This document shows positions 1 to 7,532 of a stretch of 34,119 nt of DNA, piece after piece. This DNA is from a virus (Duplodnaviria > Caudoviricetes), in the IMG/VR virus record IMGVR_UViG_3300010048_000027, positions 1 through 34,119 of that record, one strand, 5' to 3'. The position numbers and the translations under genes are program-made. The first letter of the stretch is position 1; the number at the start of each line of letters is the position of its first letter. The notes below the pieces were generated by a model. It saw only the letters and a list, made by a program, of their open reading frames with translations, did not search any database and was not told where the DNA came from.

Positions 1-1
1 G

Positions 2-883
2 GTGGTCACCGACACGGTTCCCACGACTTCCGATGCCGCAAAGACGCTTGCGCGGCCTTACTACAAGATGGCGGAAACATCTGGGGCGGGCTCTACCTCA
101 GAAGGAACCGATGCGATTATCGGGCTTGCTGAGGACAAGCTGCCGACCGGGCTTGTGGGAGAAGCACGAGGCGGTGCCGTCCCCGACTTCGTCAAATGGG
201 TTCAGCAGTTCAAGGGCAAGCCTCTGACCTATGAAGATCTGGATAACATCGATGCGGAGTTAGGCGAGCGTATCAGTGAAAATTACAAGTTCCCAGGCGG
301 ACTTTCACAGCAAGGCAAAGACCTGGAAGACATCCAGACCGCCATTCGTCAACGACTACTCAATCCACAGCAGGGAGATCTGACGGGCGATCCGAGTGCT
401 TTTGCTGCCAGGAAGGCCGGCGATCAGGCTTGGTCACAGTCCAAGAAGATGGCGGATGTAGAACGCATGTGGGCTAAGGCCCAGGACACACAAAATCCCG
501 ATACATCGTTCGCCAATCAGTGGAGAAATTACAAGTTTAGCGCTAAGGCGCGAGGGTGGTCAGACGAGGAAATAGCTGCAGGAAATGCCGCCGCGACAAG
601 CGGACGCGAGGCTCCGCTTATGCATATTCTCGGCAGCCGTCTTCTAACGGTGGGAATGACCACTGCCGGTACCGCTTTGGGCGGCGCGGCAGGCTCATTC
701 TTTGGGCCGCTCGGAACCTATGCTGGCGCAGCGCTTGGCGGCCCGGCTGCCGCCATTCCTTCATATATTGCCGGCAGTATCGCTAGGCGGGCGGCAACCG
801 GTGCAACCGAGCGTGGCGTGCAAAATGCCCTGACGGTGCTGGGGCGTGGTACACCGCCGTCAGTGCTGACGCCACCGCCCTAA
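2..883 (+). CDS. C-terminal part of a probable phage ejection/DNA-transfer (internal virion) protein, truncated by the window start
   Basis: Open frame from the window edge; Ala/Gly-rich helical sequence with a GxxxG-rich hydrophobic C-terminus; position at the end of a podovirus late operon. Confidence 0.55.
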   Translation: MVTDTVPTTSDAAKTLARPYYKMAETSGAGSTSEGTDAIIGLAEDKLPTGLVGEARGGAVPDFVKWVQQFKGKPLTYEDLDNIDAELGERISENYKFPGGLSQQGKDLEDIQTAIRQRLLNPQQGDLTGDPSAFAARKAGDQAWSQSKKMADVERMWAKAQDTQNPDTSFANQWRNYKFSAKARGWSDEEIAAGNAAATSGREAPLMHILGSRLLTVGMTTAGTALGGAAGSFFGPLGTYAGAALGGPAAAIPSYIAGSIARRAATGATERGVQNALTVLGRGTPPSVLTPPP

Positions 884-1170
884 AGGCTGAACCCAATGGC
901 CAGCATCGCTATCACGCGAAACGTTGTCATTATCGCCTTATGCCACCGGGTCTCATAGTGTGGCGTCTCGTAGTGTGACGCCTTGTAGTGTGGCGATGGT
1001 GCCTCAAAGTGTGGTTCAATCGCAGTCAGCGACAGAACTTCTTTCCACGTCATCCTATGCTGTTTGCGGAACTCTTCGGCCGCCAACGCAGCTGCATCAC
1101 GCTCGCCGGCCGAGTTGCTCCCCAGCATGCCGAGAATAGCCGCCAGCCGCTGGCGTTCTGCGCCGGTCAT
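880..1170 (-). CDS. Hypothetical phage protein with C-terminal TM segment
   Basis: 96 aa; N-terminal LAAILGMLGS..GERDAAA motif; PHY/SHY mini-repeats; ATGA overlap with the upstream gene. Confidence 0.6.
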   Translation of the reverse strand: MTGAERQRLAAILGMLGSNSAGERDAAALAAEEFRKQHRMTWKEVLSLTAIEPHFEAPSPHYKASHYETPHYETRWHKAIMTTFRVIAMLAIGFSL

Positions 1171-1382
1171 GGTGTGTGCAGCAGAACGGTGAGAAGATTG
1201 GGCAGCGAGCCAAGCAGAGCGCCTACCAGCGCCGCCAATGCCACCGCCAATAGTAGCCGCGGCTCGCGGCGGTACTTCAAAGCCTCCTCAGTCAGTTTGT
1301 TCTGTTCAGCCATCAGTTTACGCGTCTCGGCAATTATCCGGTCCAACTCAATCGCGTCGCGTTGCGTGCTTGATGCGCTCAT
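1167..1382 (-). CDS. Small coiled-coil plus TM membrane protein
   Basis: MSASSTQRDAIELDRIIAETRKLMAEQNKL..LLLAVALAALVGALLG; AAGGA upstream of the ATG at 1382. Confidence 0.6.
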   Translation of the reverse strand: MSASSTQRDAIELDRIIAETRKLMAEQNKLTEEALKYRREPRLLLAVALAALVGALLGSLPNLLTVLLHTP

Positions 1383-1387
1383 GGTTC

Positions 1388-1660
1388 TCAGTCCTTGTGG
1401 ACGGTGTAGTCCTTGCCGAGCATGCATTCGTCGTGGGCAGCCCTCATGGCGTTGTCATGGCCGGCTTGGGCAGCGGCGACGAAAAGCGGCGGTCCGAAAG
1501 CAAAGCTCTCACCAACGATCTGCTTTGCTTCGAGGGCGCAAGCCAGGTTATCACGGTGGAACTGCGCCTCAGTCGTACCGGGAGGCATGTCAAACTTCGT
1601 CGGCGCGCACGCAGCCATTGCCAGCACTGCGGCGAGTGCTGCTAGGGTCTTGATAGCCAT
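1388..1660 (-). CDS. Small lipoprotein (moron-like)
   Basis: Signal peptide with lipobox MAIKTLAALAAVLAMAA-C; two further Cys; AAGGA upstream. Confidence 0.7.
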   Translation of the reverse strand: MAIKTLAALAAVLAMAACAPTKFDMPPGTTEAQFHRDNLACALEAKQIVGESFAFGPPLFVAAAQAGHDNAMRAAHDECMLGKDYTVHKD

Positions 1661-1914
1661 GGGTCCAAGTTCCTTCCTTGGGTTTGTGGTCAGGGCCGTT
1701 GCTGTGGGGCCACCGCAGCAGCGGTCCGCTTTTCATCGATCAGGCGGCGCAGCAGCTCGCCAACGGAAATGCCGAGCCGCTGCGCCTCGCTATGCAGCCA
1801 CGCCAGCGCAGATTCAGGAAGTGCGAAGGAGAGCCGCCGCATAACGACTACCTCAGTAGTCGCTAGTACCTACCGTGTCCAGTGATATTCCTCTGACAAG
1901 CAGGAGCAAAACGC

Positions 1915-2565
1915 ATGCCTACCATCGACGTCGTTCTCGTTGGCAAGCTGACCACGCCGGATGTCAGCACCGGCCCGGTGCCCCCCCAGCCAGGCGTGCC
2001 TACACACCCGATTGTAATTCCGGAGCCACCGCTCTCGATATGGGGAGGGGGCAACGTGCCTTATCCCCAGCCTCCGATCTACATCCCTGTGCCGCCGCCA
2101 TCAGGAGGAGGCGAGCATCCGGAAAACCCGATCTACATCCCGGTCTATCCGGCACATCCAATCGTAATCCCACTGCCGCCGTTGCCGCCCTCCGATGCCC
2201 ATCCCGAGCACCCAATCGTGCTGCCGCCCGTCGTGTGGCCACCGCTGCCGCCGAAGCCGCCGCTGGGGATCTGGGGGCCGACGGATCCAAGGCCGTCGGT
2301 GCCGATCTATATTCCGGTCCAGCCGCCGCCAGTCGAAGGGCAGCCGCCGGTTCCAGCCCATCCGATCTACATGCCGGTGTATCCGGAGCACCCGATCGTG
2401 CTGCCGCCGGACGAGGGTGAAAAGCCAGAGCCGCCTCCTGGCATGATCAGCCCGCCGACCGGGCTGCCGGGGTTCTGGAGCTACAGCCCATTTTACGACA
2501 GCTATGTGTTCGTGCCGTATGCCGGGACACCTGGGGTGCCTCAGCCTCCTGGCGGCCGCCGGTAG
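1915..2565 (+). CDS. Proline-rich repeat protein
   Basis: 216 aa; RBS AGGAG; repeated P(T/A/E)HPI(V/Y)(I/L/M)P motifs; aromatic C-terminal segment. Confidence 0.75.
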   Translation: MPTIDVVLVGKLTTPDVSTGPVPPQPGVPTHPIVIPEPPLSIWGGGNVPYPQPPIYIPVPPPSGGGEHPENPIYIPVYPAHPIVIPLPPLPPSDAHPEHPIVLPPVVWPPLPPKPPLGIWGPTDPRPSVPIYIPVQPPPVEGQPPVPAHPIYMPVYPEHPIVLPPDEGEKPEPPPGMISPPTGLPGFWSYSPFYDSYVFVPYAGTPGVPQPPGGRR

Positions 2566-2646
2566 GCCAACCCGCCCTGCTGCAGCACCACTGGTGGCTC
2601 CTCGCCCTAGTGGTGCTGCTCGCATCGCTGATGATCGATTGACGGC

Positions 2647-2847
2647 ATGAGCGAGCCCCAGAATGGCCGCAATGGCAGCGTCGTGGGCATTGCGGGGCGC
2701 ATCGCAGCGTCGCTGCCGGCGCAATTCCTAGCGTTGGTGCTGATCAACGTCATCGTGCTCTGGCTGCTGTTCGAGCACCAGAGCAACCTGTCTGAGGCGC
2801 GAGAGCGCGTGCTGATTGAACTGATCAAGACGTGCAGCGCACACTGA
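2647..2847 (+). CDS. Small single-TM protein (holin-like position, unproven)
   Basis: 66 aa; hydrophobic FLALVLINVIVLWLLF followed by an amphipathic helix. Confidence 0.55.
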   Translation: MSEPQNGRNGSVVGIAGRIAASLPAQFLALVLINVIVLWLLFEHQSNLSEARERVLIELIKTCSAH

Positions 2848-2865
2848 TCGACCGCTTGAGCCACA

Positions 2866-4185
2866 TTATGCTGCCTCCCTCAGTTGGACGATGTTGCTGG
2901 GCTTGCGGTTGCCGAGCAATGAGTGTGCCGACGGCGAGCCGGGCGGCAGCAACAGATCTGCCCACAGTTCAGCCAACGGCCGGATCTTGCGCTCGTTTCG
3001 TGCTTGGTGCGTCCGGTTGTAGAGTGTGGCGACCCCGTCCTGAACGCGGTGGGCGATCATCGCCTGGAGCAGAGCGTCCGCTTGCGGATGATCAGAGTGC
3101 TCCCCGGTGATCGTCACCATGGTCGCTCGCCAGCCGTGTGCGACATGCACGCCCTTGCCCAGGACGAGGGCCAACTGGCGAGGAAGTGTGACGCGCCCAT
3201 AGGGCTGGTGTGCTCGTTCGACGTGACCTGGGAAGACATATACCGCGCCGGCTGGAGCCACGCTGCGGGCTGCCTCCAGCACGTCCATCGCCTGCGGGCT
3301 TAGGAAGACCGTGTGGGCCTTCTTCTTCCCCTGCGCGCCCTTCATCCTGCCGGCTGGTATGCGCCACACAGAGCCATCTATTTCGTCCCAGCGGGCACAC
3401 CTGACCTCAGTCGGCCGCAGCCCAGTGAGCGCGCCGAAGCGGTGAAGCAGTTTCAGCATCGCGCTGCAATTCGATGTCTCGAAACGCCGCAGGACATCAC
3501 GCGCCTCCTCGATCGTGCCCACGGCTGGCTGCTTCTCGCTCGCCGGCAGCCTGATCGCCTTACGCAGTCCGCTCGCCGGGTTAATCTCGACCAGCCCTGC
3601 GATCACCAGCGTGTCGAACAGGGCCACGAGATGCATGCGCACATTGTCGGCCTGATGCTTGCCGCTCTTCGTCTCGGCGGCTCTGAGCATCGGCAGGATG
3701 TCGCGCGGGCGCACGCCGGCGACTGGCATCTGGCCGATTGCTGGGAAGACGTGAGCGGTGAGACGCTGCATCGTCTGGGTGGCGTAGCTCGTGCTCCAGT
3801 TCCCCGACCCGATGTTGGACGCGTGCCACTCCAGCGCCTCGCCTTGCACCGTGCGTGCGTTGCTCTCCTGGCGCTCTTGCTTGGCAGCTTTCGCTTCGGC
3901 CACCGGGTCGGCGCCCATCGACACGTCGTGGCGCAGGAGTTCGCGGGCGAGGCGCGCTTCCTTCAGCGACATCGCCGGGTGCTTGCCGAGGATCTTGGTG
4001 TGGTGCTTGCCGCGCACGGTGTAGGCGACCATCCAGGCCTTCTGTCGGGGCGAGACCTCGAGGTAGAGCCCTTTGCCGTCCGACATGCGGTAGATGTCGG
4101 GCTTGTGCTTCGCGGCGTTCACCTGGGATTGGGTGAGCGGCTTGGCCGGTGGACGATAGCCGCTCTGATTGTCAGTGGCTGACAC
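2866..4185 (-). CDS. int: Tyrosine recombinase/integrase, P4-like with N-terminal arm-binding domain
   Basis: YRMSDGKGLYLEVSP..LGKHPAMSLKEAR arm domain; catalytic LTGLRPTEV (R), HGWR (HxxR), AH..Y; WRIPAGRMK motif. Confidence 0.95.
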   Translation of the reverse strand: MSATDNQSGYRPPAKPLTQSQVNAAKHKPDIYRMSDGKGLYLEVSPRQKAWMVAYTVRGKHHTKILGKHPAMSLKEARLARELLRHDVSMGADPVAEAKAAKQERQESNARTVQGEALEWHASNIGSGNWSTSYATQTMQRLTAHVFPAIGQMPVAGVRPRDILPMLRAAETKSGKHQADNVRMHLVALFDTLVIAGLVEINPASGLRKAIRLPASEKQPAVGTIEEARDVLRRFETSNCSAMLKLLHRFGALTGLRPTEVRCARWDEIDGSVWRIPAGRMKGAQGKKKAHTVFLSPQAMDVLEAARSVAPAGAVYVFPGHVERAHQPYGRVTLPRQLALVLGKGVHVAHGWRATMVTITGEHSDHPQADALLQAMIAHRVQDGVATLYNRTHQARNERKIRPLAELWADLLLPPGSPSAHSLLGNRKPSNIVQLREAA

Positions 4186-4228
4186 GCTGTTTCCTTCTCA
4201 GTTCGGGGCGGGGTTTGTTACGCTCTAC

Positions 4229-4456
4229 TACCCCCCATTACCCCCCATGTTGCCCGGCCCAGGATGGGTCCGGTTGCCCAAAGGGCGATAGTCTTGTCCC
4301 ACGTAACCCCTTGATCTACAAGTGTGTTGGTGCCGGTTAGCGTAGCTTGTGGAGCATGGCTGCGTTGCTCTTCTGAATGCTTCCTAGAGACTAAGTTATT
4401 GATTTCGCTTAGGTTCTCCTTTGGGCGGTGCTGCTACCCAGCATTCTCCCCACCAT
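4229..4456. other. Probable attP region (arm-type repeats and IHF sites)
   Basis: Non-coding DNA 5' of int; tandem TACCCCCCAT at 4229-4248 and related copies at 4435-4456; IHF consensus WATCAANNNNTTR on the minus strand at 4392-4404 (exact) and 4304-4316 (1 mismatch). Confidence 0.55.
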
Positions 4457-4547
4457 TTTGTTGATGCCGGTTGGGCTCGCCAACACTCCTTGACCATTTC
4501 GGTCATGTGGCTGAGTGTGATGGGTATGCTCATTGAGGATAAGTGTG

Positions 4548-4739
4548 ATGGGTGAGGATATCAGCGAATTGGTGGCTTCGATCCAACGGGATCTGACTAT
4601 GATGCAGAGACTGCTGGACGGTGCTGGGGATAATCGATCCCGATTGTTGGCAATTCAGGCACTCGCTGGATTGATTGCTGCCAATATCGGTGCATGGGAT
4701 GCCGGTATCCGTCGTTCAACTACAATCAAGCAGGAGTAA
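4548..4739 (+). CDS. Hypothetical protein
   Basis: 63-aa helical ORF with GAGG upstream; lower GC than its flanks. Confidence 0.45.
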   Translation: MGEDISELVASIQRDLTMMQRLLDGAGDNRSRLLAIQALAGLIAANIGAWDAGIRRSTTIKQE

Positions 4740-4929
4740 ACAAATGGCAACGCGCTGGCTGCACGCTCTTGCGCGGCTCAGGGAGACACGCCAGCACCCA
4801 CCACCGATCGCTCTCAGTGATCAGATGCGGCATCTGGCTGCGCATCGTCTCGCGCCGACCGCTGTCTCGACGGCGTATGTAGATCAGCCACCACTGACCC
4901 GCTGGCGTGTCATGGATTGCGTTGCTCAT
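4726..4929 (-). CDS. Hypothetical protein directly downstream of pentamer array 1
   Basis: RBS GGAGG followed by ATG at 4929; MSNAIHDTPAGQWWLIYIRRR.., 67 aa. Confidence 0.55.
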   Translation of the reverse strand: MSNAIHDTPAGQWWLIYIRRRDSGRRETMRSQMPHLITESDRWWVLACLPEPRKSVQPARCHLFTPA

Positions 4930-4940
4930 GTGGCCTCCGG

Positions 4941-5055
4941 TTGCGTTGCGTTGCGTTGCGGAGCGAAGCGGTGCGTTGCGGAGCGAAGCGCTGCGGAGCG
5001 AAGTGCTGCGGTGCGATGCGTGGCGTGGCGTAGCGCGGAGCCGTGTAGCGGAGCG
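4941..5055 (-). repeat. Pentamer array 1, (CRC-NN)x23; candidate guide ncRNA
   Basis: Plus strand reads NN-GCG/GTG/GAG in unbroken 5-nt phase for 115 nt; fills the intergenic gap. Confidence 0.9.
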
Positions 5056-5060
5056 ATGGT

Positions 5061-5570
5061 TCATTTCGCCGCCCGTTTAGGCGACAGCGATATCATCCAT
5101 TCGACGGCAGAAAACACCGGCAGATCGTTTGAGGTGCCGCGTGCCACCTTTTCGATCCGGCGCTGCGTGCTCCTGGCCAGGCTTTCGCGGGCGATCTCCC
5201 GAATGATGCTGTCGGTGGCAAACCTCGCCTGCTGGTGGATGTCCAGCTGGTCCAGTTCCACCACGTCGGCCTGACGCGCGCCGGCGCTGAGCTTGTTCCT
5301 CGCGCCAGACAGGAACCACCTGCGTTGCCGATCCACGATCTCCGGATCGTTCAGCCGATACAGGCATACACTCGGCGGAATACAGACCCAGACCTGGGCG
5401 TGCTCGCGCTCCAGAAGCCTGCGTGCATAAATGAGTTGATGCGTGCGTGGCGTGATTGGGACACCAACGATATTGCCCAGTTCGCGATACGGGACGCGCG
5501 CGCCTTTGTCGTGGGTGGCGAGATAGCGCACCAGGCCGGCGGTTGTCTCCGAGCGTTCAAATCGTTTCAT
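5061..5570 (-). CDS. Winged-helix-like protein associated with the RAMP gene and arrays
   Basis: 169 aa; VPYRELGNIVGVP..LIYARRLLEREH..VWVC..LYRL fits an HTH plus wing pattern, then a helical domain; flanked by arrays 1 and 2. Confidence 0.65.
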   Translation of the reverse strand: MKRFERSETTAGLVRYLATHDKGARVPYRELGNIVGVPITPRTHQLIYARRLLEREHAQVWVCIPPSVCLYRLNDPEIVDRQRRWFLSGARNKLSAGARQADVVELDQLDIHQQARFATDSIIREIARESLARSTQRRIEKVARGTSNDLPVFSAVEWMISLSPKRAAK

Positions 5571-5580
5571 GGGTCACCTG

Positions 5581-5827
5581 CGACGTTGCGTTGCGGAGCG
5601 GGGTGCTGCGGAGCGCGGAGCCGCGTAGCGGAGCGATGCGAAGCGAGGCGCAGAGAAGCGCGGCGCGGCGCAGCGTTGCGTTGCGGCGCGGCGTTGCGCG
5701 GCGTTGCGGGGCGTTGCGGGGCGTTGCGGGGCGAGGCGGGGCGACGCGCAGAGAAGCGCGGCTGCGGCGCGGCGTTGCGGGGCGTTGCGGGGCGACGCGG
5801 GGCGAGGCGGCGAGACGCGCTGCGGCG
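5581..5827 (-). repeat. Pentamer array 2, about 50 CRC-NN units in three phase blocks; candidate guide ncRNA
   Basis: 5-nt periodic G(C/T/A)G-NN on the plus strand; phase breaks at 5683-5688 and 5761-5769; begins right after the RAMP stop codon. Confidence 0.9.
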
Positions 5828-6415
5828 TTAGACATTCAGATCCTGCCATTCGACCTTGGTGACCCGGAACCTGCCATTGCTGCCGCCGTTGGCTGGCCGG
5901 TAGCGACCGATGCCGACGATCATCCCGCCGCTTTTCACATGGTGCTCGAAGATCTCCGGCGTGATGATGTCATCCACGATCGTGAACTCGGCAATGCCGG
6001 ACCATTTATCAAACGATGGAAAGCGGCGTTTGACACGCTTGCCAGAGCCTCTGACGCCATCGGCATTCGCATTGATGGTGACCATTGCCGCGTCCTGCGG
6101 TGTGATCGGCTTCCCGTTCGTTAATGGCATGTCGCCATTGCAGATGAACCCACTGGTGAAGAAGGACTTTTATGTGGCGCCGCGACGGCCGGGTACCTTC
6201 TCGCCCAGTTTCTGCGCGGCGAGATCAATGCACTGTTTCAGCGCCATTGCCGGCACGCACACCTGGCCGCCACCATTGGTGGTGCATTTGCTGCGCCAGG
6301 TGCGGATGTCGTAATCCTCATGTGATTCACGATCCAGCTTCGGATCTTCGTGTTGTGCGGACTGGCTGTATGGGGAGCCTGGGATGCTCTCGATGTAGAC
6401 CCTGCAGATTTTCAT
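5828..6415 (-). pseudogene. Stand-alone Cas7/RAMP-like (Vipr-like) gene with one in-frame TAA at 6170-6172
   Basis: RBS AGGAGA at 6421-6426; MKICRVYIESIPGSPYSQS..VCVPAMALKQCI..GAT*KSFFTSG..RRFPSFDKWSGIAEFTI..GMIVGIGRYRPANGGSNGRFRV; the two listed ORFs are in the same frame; C-terminal Gly-rich loop typical of RAMPs. Confidence 0.8.
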
Positions 6416-6426
6416 TTGGTTCTCCT

Positions 6427-6607
6427 GCGTTGCGTTGCGGTGCGTGGTGGTGCGGTGCGTTGCGGGGTGCGGCGGTGCGTGGTGGTGCGGTGCGGAGCGT
6501 TGCGGGGCGTAGCGTGGCGTTGAGGTGCGCGGCGATGCGAAGCGATGCGCAGCGGTGTGGAGCGGTGTGGAGCGGTGCGTGGCGGTGCGGTGCGTGGTGG
6601 TGCGGCG
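6427..6607 (-). repeat. Pentamer array 3, 36 CRC triplets and 35 NN in one phase; candidate guide ncRNA
   Basis: Unbroken 5-nt phase from 6427 to 6604 plus an extra CGC; lies between an upstream stop codon and the RAMP RBS. Confidence 0.9.
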
Positions 6608-6614
6608 AATGGTT

Positions 6615-6824
6615 TCACGATGCTTCCAGTTTTTGCTTGAGATCATCCGACACAAAACGCAGCAACCCCGGCAGCCGCTCGAGAAACTGCCGGTCCAGCG
6701 CACCGATCGACACGTCACTGCCCTTATTGCCGCCGATCACCAGCACGACGATCGCGGACGCGTCAGTGGCCCAGGCTGCCCACTGGCAGATGTCGTCATA
6801 GCGACCCAGCCCCAGCGCGCTCAC
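6615..6824 (-). CDS. Hypothetical phage protein
   Basis: GTG start overlapping the upstream TGA; ..GRYDDICQWAAWATDASAIVVLVIGGNKGSDVS.., 69 aa. Confidence 0.6.
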   Translation of the reverse strand: MSALGLGRYDDICQWAAWATDASAIVVLVIGGNKGSDVSIGALDRQFLERLPGLLRFVSDDLKQKLEAS

Positions 6825-6904
6825 AGCGCCGCCAGGACGGCGCACAGCACGATCCCCCCCCATGCCACGCCGAACAACGCCAACGCCGCCAGCACGCGTC
6901 TCAT
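6821..6904 (-). CDS. 27-aa hydrophobic peptide
   Basis: MRRVLAALALFGVAWGGIVLCAVLAAL; coupled at both ends (ATGA and GTGA overlaps). Confidence 0.5.
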   Translation of the reverse strand: MRRVLAALALFGVAWGGIVLCAVLAAL

Positions 6905-7182
6905 GGCTCCCTACGGGCTCCTTCCCATGCTTCAATGTCTGCCGTTGCCCAGCGCGGTTGCTGGGCGCTCAGATGCAGCGCTGGACGGGGGAACCGCCCT
7001 TCCTCCATCCAGCGATAGATCGTGCCGGTGCTGACCTGCACCCGTTCAGCGACGTCGCGCGACGTCAGGTAACGGCCTTCCGCCGGCACCTGTGGTGGCA
7101 GTGGCTCTGGCGCTAGGGCATCTACCAGGACATCGACTATGCGGTTGAGCGCCTGGCGTAATTCATAACGATCGACATTCAT
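6901..7182 (-). CDS. AlpA-family excisionase/regulator
   Basis: YLTSRDVAERVQVSTGTIYRWMEEGRFPRP..PRWATADIEAW. Confidence 0.9.
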   Translation of the reverse strand: MNVDRYELRQALNRIVDVLVDALAPEPLPPQVPAEGRYLTSRDVAERVQVSTGTIYRWMEEGRFPRPALHLSAQQPRWATADIEAWEGARREP

Positions 7183-7532
7183 CGCTTTAGAGCCTCGACC
7201 TGGGCGACGATGGCGGGCGGGACTTCGCCCCGTTCCGCCGCCCTCTGGAATTGCTGATTGATCGCGGTGCGGACGACGGTGGTCAGTTGCTGGCCGCGCA
7301 GGCGGGCGAGCCAGTCCAACTGGGCTCGTGTGTAAGCACCGACGCGGACGTTCAGTATTATGGGTTGCGGAGCTCTATCCGTCGCTGCTCGAGGTAGTCG
7401 TTGAGCTCCTCCTGTTCTGTGGGCAGCAATTGGTGCACTCGGCTCCTCCACTCGGCTGAGCTGTTGAGCTCCGCCAACCCGATCAAATCCAGTCGCTTGG
7501 CCTTTTCCTTTAGCGCTGCTAGTAGATCCCAT
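7179..7532 (-). CDS. Ribbon-helix-helix-like protein (start uncertain)
   Basis: LNVRVGAYTRAQLDWLARLRGQQLTTVVRTAI fits the RHH pattern; the 5' part overlaps the SSAP gene. Confidence 0.5.
   Translation of the reverse strand: MGSTSSAKGKGQATGFDRVGGAQQLSRVEEPSAPIAAHRTGGAQRLPRAATDRAPQPIILNVRVGAYTRAQLDWLARLRGQQLTTVVRTAINQQFQRAAERGEVPPAIVAQVEALKR

Noticed and set aside
4300-4400. Complete tRNA gene near the integrase
   Set aside because: Only a 10-nt CCA-end-like match; no T-loop or cloverleaf seen
5828-6130. Independent 100-aa gene
   Set aside because: It is in frame with the upstream half and lacks a convincing RBS; treated as the 3' part of the interrupted RAMP gene
4941-6607. Canonical CRISPR array or simple microsatellite
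   Set aside because: There are no 25-45 nt repeats with unique spacers, and variation is position-specific rather than random decay
4675-7034. Many Arg/Ala/Cys/Pro-rich ORFs crossing the pentamer arrays (e.g. 5235-5831, 5456-6124, 5557-5835, 6172-6801, 6412-6618)
   Set aside because: These are translations of stop-free 5-nt repeats; the real genes have an RBS and start immediately after each array
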